This document shows positions 27,248 through 38,190 of a stretch of 64,000 nucleotides of DNA, piece after piece. Source of the stretch: an uncultured virus (IMG/VR IMGVR_UViG_3300011361_000001) (Duplodnaviria; Heunggongvirae; Uroviricota; Caudoviricetes); the IMG/VR virus record IMGVR_UViG_3300011361_000001, positions 62,001 to 126,000 of that record, one strand, 5' to 3'. Made by a program: the position numbers and the translations under genes. Positions within the stretch are counted from its first letter, which is position 1, and the number at the start of each line of letters is the position of its first letter. The notes under the pieces are model-generated. The model was not told the origin of the DNA. It made no database searches and saw only the letters and a list, made by a program, of their open reading frames with translations.

Positions 27248-29548
27248 ATGTTCCAACAACAACCCATGTTCGGCGCTCTGCCGGTTCCCGCTGACCGCGT
27301 TATGCAGGAGAACTTCATCCTAAGTGCTCCTAACCTACCGGTTGCCTTCAACTTCAACAGCCTGCCCCAAATGCAGCAACTCAACCAGATGGTTGCAGGC
27401 TACCTGATTAAGGTGGTTCAGGACAATGCGGGCCGCAACCCGCTGCGTTGCTTTACTGCGAACATGCTTTCTCAGAACCGTTGGGTGAACCCGGAATTTG
27501 AGAGCGCGTTCCTGGCCGTATCGGATTACGCGTTCACGTTGTTGAGTTCCGGGCAAGTGCAAAACAACCCAGAGCAAGCTGTACAACAAGCGGCGACTCA
27601 AGTAGCCAGTTGCTTGGCAGCGATCTACGCTCAGAAGTTCCCGATGCTGGTGCAGAACATTCCGCCTCAGCAGCAACAGGAACTGGCAGGCTTACTTCAG
27701 GTCTATCAGCAGATTGCACAGCGTATCGCTCAGATGCGTCAGCAAATGCAAGGCGGTGGTGGTTGGGGCATGCAACCTCAGCCACAGCAGTTCCAAGCCA
27801 GTGGTTGGGGCCAGAACAGCTTCCAACAGCCTCAGCAGCCCCGTGGTGCCTGGGCTGGTGCTAACGTCCAGCAACAGCAGCAGCAAGGCTGGGGACAGCA
27901 GCAAGTGCAGCAAAACAATGGCTGGGGCAACCAACAGCAGAACGGTTGGAATAACCAGTCTTCCGGTTGGGGTCAGCAGACTCAGCAGCACAACACCGCA
28001 GAAGCTGTGGTTAACCGGGACAACGAACGTAACTCGTTCACCCCGGCCGTACAACCGCAGGCACAAGCCGAAACCAGTCGCGTGGAAGTGACTAAACTCT
28101 CAGGAGTGGATGCAATCATGGAAGAATGGGGTCAGGAAACAACCAACCAACACGGTAGCCAGACCGTACCGATGAGTCAAGGGGCTTACCAGCCTCGCCA
28201 GCAAGAGCAGCCTGTACAGCAGATCCAGCCGACTCAGACTGAACCTGCTCGCATGACTGTTATCGAGAAGCTGGACGAGCCTGGCGTGTTCATGCCGTTG
28301 AATCTGTCGAAGCTGCGGTTCATCAACAAGATGGGCTTTATCTCCGAAGATGCTAACCGCATGTGGGATCATCTGGTCCTGGAAACCGGTGAAGAAGTGC
28401 GTCCTGCGCATGCCAGTGGTTGGAAGATCTCCTACGATCCAAGCCAGCCTTACGGAACCCACTACGATCCGGATCGGTTCGTTAAGTTCCATATCCGCAA
28501 GATCAATGAAGACGGCACGATGTTTGTCCGTGAGAAACTGATCGAAATCGAAGAGGACGTGAGGCCTACCATGCAGTACCTGAACCACGAGATCCGCAAG
28601 AACCTTGACTACCGTCTACCCGACAACGTGAAGGTCGCTGAAGTTCCGTGGGCCAGCCTGACCAAAGAACCGCTGCCCGTTGAAAAGCTGGCTGAGCACA
28701 CCGAGGAGCAGTCCAAGCTTGAAGAAGGTCAAGAGCCTACACCGGTCGAGATCTTGCTGGTCAACCTCAACAAGGCGTTCCATAGCTTTGAAGAGGCCGA
28801 GCTTAACTACCACAAGGAGATGATCTCCAACGACGTGCCTGAAGACATGCCGGTGGAATACACCTTCCGTAAGGTGACTCCGCTGTTCCTGTCCAAGCCG
28901 CACCTTGCGAAGCTGGCTGAACTGCGTCAAGGCGAAACCCTGGTTGAGTTGGCTGTGATGCTGCGTGATGCCGATATGGATCACCTGCTCAAGACCAAAC
29001 TGAACGGGTTGCTGACCGAAGCGGTAAACGATGCGGTAGCCTATAACCTAGGCTATGGCAAAGGGCTGAACATCGATGACTTCATGTATGACATGGAAGA
29101 CTTGGGTGAAGCTATCCGTGGCGACGGTTACCACACCATGTGGCACACCTTGAATAAGGAGCGCTACACAGCAGTGGTGATGCCGTTGTTGGAAGTGCTG
29201 ACCGGTGAAGAGCAGTCTGCGTATCTCAACCAACTGATCGAGGGTACGCCCAAAGAGCAGCGCAAGCAGTACCAGTCGGTGCTGTCGCTGGTTGAGAACA
29301 ACGTCGTCGTACATCTGCCTGGTGTATTCGGTCCTGGTTTCCAGTCCGATGAAGCTATGCAGATCGAGAAGGAAATGGATGCAGGTTTGCTCAATGCTAT
29401 CCGTGCCTCCTTTGGTCGTCATCACAGCGACAATGCCAAGCGTGTCAAGCACCACTACTTTGTGGATGAGATTGGTACGATCTTGGAAGTGCATCGTGGC
29501 TGGTTGGTACCAGGTTCGATGTTGATCCGTCGTGTAACAGCGATCTAA
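27248..29548 (+). CDS. Large protein with Q/N/G/W low-complexity region
   Basis: 766 aa, AAGGA RBS, internal WG-repeat poly-Q segment. Confidence 0.8.
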   Translation: MFQQQPMFGALPVPADRVMQENFILSAPNLPVAFNFNSLPQMQQLNQMVAGYLIKVVQDNAGRNPLRCFTANMLSQNRWVNPEFESAFLAVSDYAFTLLSSGQVQNNPEQAVQQAATQVASCLAAIYAQKFPMLVQNIPPQQQQELAGLLQVYQQIAQRIAQMRQQMQGGGGWGMQPQPQQFQASGWGQNSFQQPQQPRGAWAGANVQQQQQQGWGQQQVQQNNGWGNQQQNGWNNQSSGWGQQTQQHNTAEAVVNRDNERNSFTPAVQPQAQAETSRVEVTKLSGVDAIMEEWGQETTNQHGSQTVPMSQGAYQPRQQEQPVQQIQPTQTEPARMTVIEKLDEPGVFMPLNLSKLRFINKMGFISEDANRMWDHLVLETGEEVRPAHASGWKISYDPSQPYGTHYDPDRFVKFHIRKINEDGTMFVREKLIEIEEDVRPTMQYLNHEIRKNLDYRLPDNVKVAEVPWASLTKEPLPVEKLAEHTEEQSKLEEGQEPTPVEILLVNLNKAFHSFEEAELNYHKEMISNDVPEDMPVEYTFRKVTPLFLSKPHLAKLAELRQGETLVELAVMLRDADMDHLLKTKLNGLLTEAVNDAVAYNLGYGKGLNIDDFMYDMEDLGEAIRGDGYHTMWHTLNKERYTAVVMPLLEVLTGEEQSAYLNQLIEGTPKEQRKQYQSVLSLVENNVVVHLPGVFGPGFQSDEAMQIEKEMDAGLLNAIRASFGRHHSDNAKRVKHHYFVDEIGTILEVHRGWLVPGSMLIRRVTAI

Positions 29549-29561
29549 GTGTAGTTGGGTC

Positions 29562-29629
29562 AGGGGGCTTCGGCTCCCTGGCCTACTATGCGGCATAAAC
29601 GGGAGGTTGCCCTCCCGTTTTTTTTTTGC
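29562..29629. terminator. Paired convergent terminators
   Basis: cagggggc-ttcg-gctccctg and acgggagg-ttgc-cctcccgt with a T-tract, separated by tatgcggcata. Confidence 0.7.
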
Positions 29630-29632
29630 TGG

Positions 29633-32449
29633 TTACTCAGGTTGAATGATTACACCGTCACCGGCCAGACCACCACTGGATTCCAAGTCAGCCTCTTCCT
29701 CTTCGGCTTCCTCTTCCTCCTCAGCTTCTTCCTCTTCAGGAAGATCGCCTTCATCCTCTAGGTCACCGTCGTCTCCGAAGCCGTCGTCGTCGCCAAAGTC
29801 ATCATCTGACCCTTCGCCGTCGTCATCATCAGAGTCGTAGTCACCACCACCCCCACCGTCACTCTTCACCTCAATCCCTTTATCCGCTTCAACTGCACGG
29901 GTCAGCTTGTCGCGTTTGTCTTGAGCTTCAGACACTTTGATCATGTACCCCTGGATAGAAGCACCAATCGCTGTGATATGGTCGGTGTGTACGTTCAGCA
30001 GATCCAGCATCGGATGGTTGTCCTCTTTAAAGGTCACCAAATCGAGCAGCTCAGGCATCACGTTGTTTTCGTTCAACCACTTACGTTTGAAGTAGGCCAG
30101 AATCGCAGCCTTAACCACATCGACTTGATCGGACTGTTCCCCAAGCGCTGTACCGTCCAGGAAGTCACTGGCGATATAGGCATCAACGACCTTCTCCAAG
30201 GCTTCCACGTATTTGTCATACGCTTCAAGCTGACGTTCGATCGTGATGTTGTCCGGACGCGGTAGGGTTACCGACAGGGACATCACAAACTCACGGTACC
30301 ACTCTTGGAACTGGGCATCGAGCTCTTTGTCGTTGGTGGTTAACTCAGGACCGGTGCCTTGGGCTTCGGCTTGTTGTTCAGCAGGACTTTGTTCCTTCTG
30401 ACCCTTAGCTTCTTCCTCATCGACAGCCTGTTTAGCGTTAGCGATACACTTCATCAGGGTTTCACGCAAGGAGCCTGACTGACTGATGTACTTACGGAAG
30501 AAGTCCGACAACATTTCAGTGAACATGTCTTGGTACAGGATCACCCGCTTGGTGAGCAACAGGTTCGAGGACACGATAGAGGTCGCAAACTCGACGTTGT
30601 AGCTGTTATCCACCGACTCAGGGGACAACCCCAAGCTCATCAGGTAACGCTTCTTCAACGACTCTTCCAGCTCGTTGTTCGGCTCAACAATGCTCCGGCT
30701 GCGGTCTTCGACTTCCATACGGGTCTCAGGGTACGCAGGGTTGCCACTGACGTGAATGTCGACGCCTGCGTTTTGCAGGAAGTTGATGATATCCACAGGA
30801 CTGGAGGCGCCCAACGGGTAACTGGCCCGACGGGTGTTGACATAGTTGTGTACCAGCTTCTCAACCGTGGTCGACGGATCAGGATCATCCGGGTCCAAGG
30901 TGATGTTCAAACCGGTGTGAGCCACCGAGTTGTCAATCGCTGACATGGTGTTGGCCAGCATCATACTCACACGCAAGGATGCCAGGATCTTGTTGTTCTC
31001 AAGAAGCGACTGCCCCACGCCGTATTGGTTGTAGTCAAAGGCGATGTAACTCACCAACTCAACCGGTACGTACAAAAGCTGCGTGGTCATGTTAGCAAAG
31101 GTGCGTGCCAACATAATGCGGTAGACTTCCAGAGGACGAGCAATCTCCACGGTGTCGTTGTACAACCCGTTCTTCAACCGCGAGATCAGGTCATTCTCAA
31201 CCACCGTTGCGTACATGCGGGTCGCTTCATCGACTACACCGTCAACCGTGTTATCCCGCCAGCCTTCTACCGCGCGTGTGGCTTGACCAATCAACTGGCT
31301 CGCCAACTCACGGTTCTGCGACAGGTTGTGACCCAAGTCGTTGTAGTAGTCCGCTTTACTCGCTTTGTTAAGCGGGTTACCGGTAGCATCGAGCAACACG
31401 AAGTAACCGACGTGTTCTTCAGGCGAACCCGGTACGTGGACAGGGATGATACTCTCAGACGGCAGACGCATGACCAGAGGATGGCCTACGGTGGCACGTC
31501 CGACTTGACCTGCGGTCTTGATGCTCATCACTTCACGAGACTGGTACTGACGCGGCTTATAAAAGCTTGCCTCAATATCAGAACGCGACATCTCAGCCCG
31601 TGACTCCATCCCCAGACCCAAACGTGCACTCACCGCTTGGCTACGAACACGGTTGTACAGGAACGGGGCTTTGAGGATATCCGGGTTGTCACTGACCATC
31701 ACTTTCAAGTCAACGCGCTTGTCTTTGCTGGTCTTGCTGTTAACCACCGGGTTGTAGGTGCCTACACGGGTGGACAGGATGTCACGCGCAGACTCCATCG
31801 ACACGCTGGTTTTACGCCGTGGGATCGACTGACCGACGCTGTCTACCGAGTTACCCAGAATGCCCACAGAGAGCTTGAAGGGGTCATTGTTCGACAGGTC
31901 TTCCAAGCCGACTTGTCCTGTGGAGTTGATGATTTCATCAATCGAACTCTCAGGCAGAATCAGCATCGGATAGCTACCACGCTTGAACAGTGCGTCAGAC
32001 AAAATCTTCGGCAACAGTGCTGGTATCTTATAGGTCTTGGTAAAGAATTCCTCGACGATGGCAAGCATCGGCCCGGAGATTTCCAAGGGTATTTTCGGAC
32101 TGTTGACGTTGAAGTTCAATTCAACGGTCACCATGTCTTTAGGTGCCAGAATCGAGCTGACCAGAATCTGTTCAGCCAGCTCTGTATCGGGCAGCAACTG
32201 ATACAGGTTACTGGAGTCTGTTACGTTGGCCGCGGTTTCCTCAGAAGTCCGCCGCAGGTAACCACCCACATTGAGTTGATCCTGTGCCCGAGTGTCGCGG
32301 TCATACAAACCGTTCTTCTCGCGAACCAGTTTGTTCACCACGGCCGCTGAGGCAGGGTTGCGACGAAACGCTTTCATGCGTTCATGGCGAGGCTGTTGGG
32401 CAGACAAGCCCAATTGCGCCAGTTCGTTAGAATCGGGACTTCGACTCAT
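29633..32449 (-). CDS. Probable portal protein (phiKZ gp129-like)
   Basis: 938 aa. Contains LLPD.E.AEQIL.SSILAP, P.ES.IPVH.PG.P..H.GYF and several S/G-x-E protease-type sites, plus a long acidic tail. Divergent from the gp128-like gene. Function assigned by recalled synteny. Confidence 0.6.
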   Translation of the reverse strand: MSRSPDSNELAQLGLSAQQPRHERMKAFRRNPASAAVVNKLVREKNGLYDRDTRAQDQLNVGGYLRRTSEETAANVTDSSNLYQLLPDTELAEQILVSSILAPKDMVTVELNFNVNSPKIPLEISGPMLAIVEEFFTKTYKIPALLPKILSDALFKRGSYPMLILPESSIDEIINSTGQVGLEDLSNNDPFKLSVGILGNSVDSVGQSIPRRKTSVSMESARDILSTRVGTYNPVVNSKTSKDKRVDLKVMVSDNPDILKAPFLYNRVRSQAVSARLGLGMESRAEMSRSDIEASFYKPRQYQSREVMSIKTAGQVGRATVGHPLVMRLPSESIIPVHVPGSPEEHVGYFVLLDATGNPLNKASKADYYNDLGHNLSQNRELASQLIGQATRAVEGWRDNTVDGVVDEATRMYATVVENDLISRLKNGLYNDTVEIARPLEVYRIMLARTFANMTTQLLYVPVELVSYIAFDYNQYGVGQSLLENNKILASLRVSMMLANTMSAIDNSVAHTGLNITLDPDDPDPSTTVEKLVHNYVNTRRASYPLGASSPVDIINFLQNAGVDIHVSGNPAYPETRMEVEDRSRSIVEPNNELEESLKKRYLMSLGLSPESVDNSYNVEFATSIVSSNLLLTKRVILYQDMFTEMLSDFFRKYISQSGSLRETLMKCIANAKQAVDEEEAKGQKEQSPAEQQAEAQGTGPELTTNDKELDAQFQEWYREFVMSLSVTLPRPDNITIERQLEAYDKYVEALEKVVDAYIASDFLDGTALGEQSDQVDVVKAAILAYFKRKWLNENNVMPELLDLVTFKEDNHPMLDLLNVHTDHITAIGASIQGYMIKVSEAQDKRDKLTRAVEADKGIEVKSDGGGGGDYDSDDDDGEGSDDDFGDDDGFGDDGDLEDEGDLPEEEEAEEEEEAEEEEADLESSGGLAGDGVIIQPE

Positions 32450-32491
32450 GGTTAACTCCTATTTCAAATTCCACTAAAAGGGGGCTTGGAC

Positions 32492-34663
32492 GTGTCCAAT
32501 GCACGATATAAGCTGTATGTCGACGATGTGCTCCTACTGGCGCGTTCAATCGTCCTCAAGAGCGAAAGTACGGCGAACTCAATCAACCAATACTTCCGCG
32601 AAAGCGGAGTGGCCGAAGTTCGTGAAGAGCAACCAGAAACGTGGAAGTATTACCTGAACCTTGCAGGTGAGTACCACAGCTCAGACACCCGGATGTACGT
32701 CACCTCGTTGGATACCCGTGAACGTATTGAGTTCAACAAGGCCAATCTGGTCGAGCATCGAGCGACTAAGCGGGGCTATGGTACCGGGTCACGTTTCTAT
32801 AAGGAACTGGTGAGAAAGTACCCCAAACAGGTTGACCTGATTCAGGGGATCTTGGGACCGATTGACATTGACTTTGCAATCAATGCAGCCGATGGCCAGA
32901 TCTTAAGTTACGACACCAGTCTGGTGGAGAGCAATGAGACCAATCTGATCCCTGAGCTTCAGAAGAAAATCAATGGGTGGAAAGTGCGGTGGGACATTGT
33001 CGACTATGCCAAGGTTGACGACCTGTATCCGGCTGCCAACTTGGCGTTGCTGTATATGAACATCCCACTGTTCATTATGAACATCCGGATGGCGAACTGC
33101 CGTACCGAAAAAGTGCACAGTTTCCATATCAGACAATACCTAGCATCCAACGGTAAATTGGACAGCTACATCGATAACCTGAATAAAAAGCAGATGCTGT
33201 TTTTGTACCGCAACATTAAGTACATCAATCGCAATGCTGGTAAACAGGAAACCTTTGACTGGCTGGTTGATGCGCTGCTAACAGAGCGTCTCCTGCCGCT
33301 GGCTAAGTACCACCTGCAACACAATATTTCGGGATTGCCTAAAAAATTACTGCCCACTATTAATGCTAAACGCATTGACTTGACACGCTACGTCAGTGGG
33401 ACGTCACGGGACATCTATTCGGCGAATGAGCTGATTCAAAAAGAAGTCCCCGCAACCCGGAACAACAACCTCTACCAAGCCGAAGCGCTACAGGACCTAA
33501 ACCAGAAGTACCGCCGCGACGTTCACAACGAACTGCCAACCAAAGTGTTGGAATCCTCCGTGGTCGATCGCTCTGAGTCCTTCAGTGTGAAACTCGGTGA
33601 CGTGCTCTTAAACCACTGGATCAGTTGGGCGTGTGAAGGTAACTACTTGGCGATGACCAACTTTGACAACCCGGCTAACGGTGAGTCGTTGTGGTTCAAT
33701 GCCAAAGAGGCATTTATCCTCTTCCTCTATGCGTACAATGCCTCGCATGGGTTGAAGTTGATCGAGATCCCTGACGTGGTAGCTACCTTTGTCAGAAAGC
33801 CTGTGATCCCCTCGGTTGCTGAGATGCGTAAACTCGCTCAGCCTTCACGGGTACCGACTTCGTGGATTCATTACCTGCGTGAAGACCAGCCTGTGATAGG
33901 CGACGTCATCTCCACCGCAGGGTTCTATGAGAAGTGTCAAGAGATTCACGCCGCTTGGAAAAAGCACAGTGACTTTATTGCCTTCCGTGAACACATGACC
34001 ACCCGTGGCCAAGTGGAGAACGTGGCGTATCACCTCTACCAAGATGTGCTGTATGACTTAGGGGGCGGCTTTACCTACGAGGAGTGGTTGCAGAGCAAGA
34101 ACTTGGACTTGTCGAGTTTGTCTAAGGAAGACTTCGATCTGCTGGCTAATAACCTCATGGCCACAGCGACGGGTGCTAACCTTAAAGTCTCGGTGGGGTT
34201 GAGTGACTTGCAAGAAAGCATGGTGCGTTTGCTGCGCCAGCTTAGCAGTTACTCAATTCAGTTGGTGACCGAACTTCAGGGCAAGAACATCACCGTGGTG
34301 GGTTGTCCTGCAATACGGGTGGGTGACTCGCAAGGTCAAGGTCAAGGCAGTACACGCGTGCATCAAAGCAACGTGTACGTCCAAGGCCTGCAAGGTAAAG
34401 GACGCAATGACGAGTACATTGACCTGTCCGATGCAACCTTCGATACCGCGACCTCAGCCACGCAGTTTCATCACGACCAATACGACCCAACCATTGAGCT
34501 GACGCACAAGGGCGGCTACGTAAGTCACGTTAGGATGACACTCCCAACGGTGTATGCAACCTTGCACACGCGTAAGTTGGAAGCGGTGGAAGACGTGTTC
34601 CCAGTACACAGTGCTGAGGACTATCGTTATCCGGATACACCGCCTGAGGATTTGGATCTTTAA
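32492..34663 (+). CDS. Virion structural protein (phiKZ gp128-like)
   Basis: About 723 aa with WKYYLNLAGEYH, HSFHI..YL.S and LYRNI.YI..N.GKQ.TF motifs. GTG start with a GGGG RBS. Confidence 0.7.
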   Translation: MSNARYKLYVDDVLLLARSIVLKSESTANSINQYFRESGVAEVREEQPETWKYYLNLAGEYHSSDTRMYVTSLDTRERIEFNKANLVEHRATKRGYGTGSRFYKELVRKYPKQVDLIQGILGPIDIDFAINAADGQILSYDTSLVESNETNLIPELQKKINGWKVRWDIVDYAKVDDLYPAANLALLYMNIPLFIMNIRMANCRTEKVHSFHIRQYLASNGKLDSYIDNLNKKQMLFLYRNIKYINRNAGKQETFDWLVDALLTERLLPLAKYHLQHNISGLPKKLLPTINAKRIDLTRYVSGTSRDIYSANELIQKEVPATRNNNLYQAEALQDLNQKYRRDVHNELPTKVLESSVVDRSESFSVKLGDVLLNHWISWACEGNYLAMTNFDNPANGESLWFNAKEAFILFLYAYNASHGLKLIEIPDVVATFVRKPVIPSVAEMRKLAQPSRVPTSWIHYLREDQPVIGDVISTAGFYEKCQEIHAAWKKHSDFIAFREHMTTRGQVENVAYHLYQDVLYDLGGGFTYEEWLQSKNLDLSSLSKEDFDLLANNLMATATGANLKVSVGLSDLQESMVRLLRQLSSYSIQLVTELQGKNITVVGCPAIRVGDSQGQGQGSTRVHQSNVYVQGLQGKGRNDEYIDLSDATFDTATSATQFHHDQYDPTIELTHKGGYVSHVRMTLPTVYATLHTRKLEAVEDVFPVHSAEDYRYPDTPPEDLDL

Positions 34664-34708
34664 CTTTGAGGCCTCTTCGGGGGCCTTTTTTTTTTTCAGG
34701 GTGGTTTT

Positions 34709-35935
34709 ATGATTGATGCCCTTGATTTCATGGAGTTGTTAAGTCTGCCTCCAAGGGAAGCCTTGGTCAGAATTATCGCCCATAGTAACCAAGTTGATGT
34801 CGCACCAGAACACTTGGAGTTTGGCGTACCTGAAGTGGTCCAAGGTCGTGTAACCAAGATCAAGGTCACAGGGCGTAAACCTACAGACTTGTTCACAGGA
34901 CAGGTCTACACCGGCAGCATTGACTTTACCTACAAGCGCATTGACTTTGGCGAACTCTTTGCCAGAACCAAGCTCTCGGTCAAGATTGATCTGCCGTGCA
35001 AAACCTCAGATCTGGTTAAGGTGTTAAGTCACCACTACGGTTACGTGTTTGACAGCAGTGACTATGTGAACGAGTTGATCACCGCCGAAAACGCGTACGA
35101 GTACGAGTTGCGTGCAGCCCCGTATTCCTTGCGCTGGGTCGGTGAGGTACAGGTTTCATTGCTCAAGAAAGAATCGTTGGAAGCGGTGTCCTTGGTTAAA
35201 GACTTCGGTCGACTGATCACACCCGACACCAAACGGTTCCCACAACACACCCAGCATTACACCGACGGACGTTTCTACGGCGATTACCTTAAGCGGTTAG
35301 CCTTAGGACCAGTCCCTGTGGACACGGTGTTGCCAGCACTGCTTAAGCGGTTGTATTTCGTTGCAGGTCAAACAGCCCCGAACTGGACGTACTCGAACTC
35401 ACCGACCTCAGCTAACCTTAAAGGGGCACGCGTCACCTTTAATGGACGGGCAGTTGATTGTGGGGTTAAGTCGTATCTGTTCACGGTCAGTCGTGTGGTG
35501 CAGATCACGTTGGATGAGAACCTTAACACAACGTTGCGGGGACCTCTGACCTTAAACTACAACGCGCAAGTGGTGAACCTCGTGCCTGAATTTCCGGCTC
35601 AAGGCTATCGTTATCCTGCGGAGTTGTGGGCGGGGTTACTAGACGGCACGCCTGAGTTGACTCACTTCGAAGCGCTGTATGAAGACACGGTGATCACCCA
35701 ACTACCTGACACGCGGTTTATGGATCGCATCCTCGGGTTGCCAGCCGGGTCGGTTAAGTGCTCACCTACACCGTCGCAGGTGAATCTGTTTAACGCCCGT
35801 GTCGAGTACCTAGGACGCAACGTTAATTATTGGCCTTCGTACAACACCTTCCTCACGTTGATTTGGGTAGTCCGCCTGGACCCACAGTACTCCACGTACT
35901 TAGGCGGTCGCTTGATGATCTACTACAAGAGATAA
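34709..35935 (+). CDS. Virion structural protein
   Basis: 408 aa with an internally repeated ...NL..A.V...G...V..LD.......G.L..Y domain. Confidence 0.65.
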   Translation: MIDALDFMELLSLPPREALVRIIAHSNQVDVAPEHLEFGVPEVVQGRVTKIKVTGRKPTDLFTGQVYTGSIDFTYKRIDFGELFARTKLSVKIDLPCKTSDLVKVLSHHYGYVFDSSDYVNELITAENAYEYELRAAPYSLRWVGEVQVSLLKKESLEAVSLVKDFGRLITPDTKRFPQHTQHYTDGRFYGDYLKRLALGPVPVDTVLPALLKRLYFVAGQTAPNWTYSNSPTSANLKGARVTFNGRAVDCGVKSYLFTVSRVVQITLDENLNTTLRGPLTLNYNAQVVNLVPEFPAQGYRYPAELWAGLLDGTPELTHFEALYEDTVITQLPDTRFMDRILGLPAGSVKCSPTPSQVNLFNARVEYLGRNVNYWPSYNTFLTLIWVVRLDPQYSTYLGGRLMIYYKR

Positions 35936-35939
35936 TGTC

Positions 35940-36527
35940 ATGGGCTTACTTGCCATCAGTCAAATCCTAAGTTTGACCTCTAAGGACTTGCTCGAGCAGT
36001 TGTACAGTCTGGTTAACGACCATGACTTAGACACTGCGCACACCACCTTAACGTACGCCTCAGATGGGGATTACGTTTTAGTGGCCATCAAAGCACGGGC
36101 ACTGACCGACGACTTCCAACCAGGGCGATATACCAATGAAACGGTGGTGCGTTATTTGCGGGAGAACTTGAAGGTGTTGTTCAACGGTACACCCACTTTC
36201 TTTTACACAGGAGAGTGGCCGGTTACCTTCGCAGCCCTTAAAGCTCATTTGTTCGGCACCTATGGCGTGTTGCTTGAGAATGCGGATATCCTCACTCCCG
36301 GTAACACGACCCAAACGATCGCCGACAGTTATAGCTTCAAGCAAGCTGATTACGTGGGGTCTCAAAACACCATTGAGCTGCGCATTGCGCCTAACTCACC
36401 GCGTTTTGTTCCACACGTTCGGGGTGGGGATTCGATTTACATCCGCATCCTTGATCCGAACTCAGCTGACTTGCAATACATAGGTCCCACGCGTGCGTTG
36501 CCTCCAGCGACCAGTTTGGACCGCTGA
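35940..36527 (+). CDS. Virion structural protein (paralogue of the N-terminal domain of 34709)
   Basis: 195 aa. Shares L.L..++.L, Y.R.++, and L...YG..++..D features with the upstream ORF. Confidence 0.6.
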   Translation: MGLLAISQILSLTSKDLLEQLYSLVNDHDLDTAHTTLTYASDGDYVLVAIKARALTDDFQPGRYTNETVVRYLRENLKVLFNGTPTFFYTGEWPVTFAALKAHLFGTYGVLLENADILTPGNTTQTIADSYSFKQADYVGSQNTIELRIAPNSPRFVPHVRGGDSIYIRILDPNSADLQYIGPTRALPPATSLDR

Positions 36528-36717
36528 TCCTCACGAATAGTATGAGGGAGGACAAGAGTCATTTTGTTCTCAATCAGACGAGATCGTGGGGAGTCTCGTT
36601 GGGGAGTTGGGCCACTTGTGTGCAGCAAGTCGTAGGCGGGACTTCGGTCCCGTCTATGCCAAATTACATTTTATGCCCTATTATGTGAGTCTCACCCAAT
36701 TAAGGTTCTATCCCCAC

Positions 36718-37590
36718 ATGAAAACGATTACGCGTACCATTATGGGTTCGGCCCTGCAGAGCGCATTGCTCTTGGGCATCCGCCCGCAAATCCTGCCCTA
36801 TACCACGCTTAATGAGAAGTTTGGTGTGTTGGCTGGTGCACAACTGAATGAAGGTGAGGTTCCTCACTTGGGTTACTTTGCCATCGGTAACGGTGGTCAT
36901 CGCAACCGTACAGGTGCAGACGGCGTGCCGTACACCACCCCTCATCATCGTGTGTCTTCTCACGCTGCTCTCTACCGTCACCTACCGTTCGTGCTGCGTC
37001 CTGTCGATAACGACCTGAGCGTCTCCGAGCGTGCTAACTACGGTCTGCGCGTGGTGGAAACCCACAACAACCTGCGTTACTTCGCCTACTACCTAAAGCG
37101 TATCAACTTGGCAGACGTCCTGCCTGTGATCGAGCACACGGTAGTTAACGGTGACAACGAAATTTCCTCGCCGTACAACTTCACCATGGCGAACTTGAAT
37201 CCCACGCCGCCTGAAGTGCCGAACGATGGCGTGATCACAACTTCCGGGAACTACCTGTCGGTGTCCTCGATTCTGAAGTTGCTGTTCACCGCCAAAGACG
37301 TACTCGAGCTGATCGAAGCGTGCCGGATCAAGTACAACAACGAAGCCTACGCCATTATCTCTGAGATTGGTCTGGTTTCAGGTGTTGATCGTCTGGCAAC
37401 AGTTCAAGGTAGCGGCAACCAGTCCTTCAACATGATGGAAGTGGCCTGCGCTCAGATCTGTAGCTTCATCACCACTGACCATCGCGTCGCCTTCACCAAC
37501 AGCGGGTTCGAGCAAAACATCGAACTGGGTGCTACTGAGCCTCTGTTGTCGGCCACCGATGTTGTCACAGCGGGCGTACTGCCCAGCTAA
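36718..37590 (+). CDS. Virion structural protein (phiKZ gp139-like position)
   Basis: Motifs TTLNEK, YFAIGNGGH, PFVLRP..NDL and AYYLKR. Start placed at ATG 36718 (AAGG RBS). Confidence 0.7.
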   Translation: MKTITRTIMGSALQSALLLGIRPQILPYTTLNEKFGVLAGAQLNEGEVPHLGYFAIGNGGHRNRTGADGVPYTTPHHRVSSHAALYRHLPFVLRPVDNDLSVSERANYGLRVVETHNNLRYFAYYLKRINLADVLPVIEHTVVNGDNEISSPYNFTMANLNPTPPEVPNDGVITTSGNYLSVSSILKLLFTAKDVLELIEACRIKYNNEAYAIISEIGLVSGVDRLATVQGSGNQSFNMMEVACAQICSFITTDHRVAFTNSGFEQNIELGATEPLLSATDVVTAGVLPS

Positions 37591-37602
37591 GTAGAGGTCG
37601 CT

Positions 37603-38190
37603 ATGCTTACCGTCCCAATGGGGGTGAGTAAGTACCGAATCTGTGCCATTGACCCCGGAACTGATACGATGGGGTTAGTGGTATTGGATGTTGACTTGAT
37701 GACGTGTGAGTTGGACTTGGTGTCTGCTTATACGTCTTCAGGTCTACGCATGAGTCGCAAAGCGCCTGACGCTTTTACCGTTCACGGTGATCGTTGGGCC
37801 AAGCTTTTTATGCATGAACAAAACATCCTCAACTGGTTACGGACTTATCAACCCAACGCCTTGATTTGTGAATCGCCGTTCTTGGGACGTTTCCCACAAG
37901 CCTTTGAATCACTCGTTGAGTGCAAGGCAACGATTCGCAGGGCCTTGTCACAATACGATTCCTTTATGCCGTTGGAGACCATCGATCCCCCCAGTGCGAA
38001 ATCCGCCGTGGGTGCTCTGGTTAAAAAAGGTAGCAAAGAGAATGTCAAAGAAAGCATTCTGAAACTAAAAGACCTGGTGAACAAAACCGGTATCCCGTTG
38101 GAGACCATGGATGAACACACCATCGACGCCATTGCAGTCGGGTACTACAAATACACCCTGATTCGCAAATGGCTTAAAGGGGAGATTTAA
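37603..38190 (+). CDS. ruvC: RuvC-like Holliday junction resolvase
   Basis: Catalytic motifs AIDPGT..MG, ICESPF, P...K..VG...K..V and EH.IDAIAVG. Confidence 0.85.
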   Translation: MLTVPMGVSKYRICAIDPGTDTMGLVVLDVDLMTCELDLVSAYTSSGLRMSRKAPDAFTVHGDRWAKLFMHEQNILNWLRTYQPNALICESPFLGRFPQAFESLVECKATIRRALSQYDSFMPLETIDPPSAKSAVGALVKKGSKENVKESILKLKDLVNKTGIPLETMDEHTIDAIAVGYYKYTLIRKWLKGEI

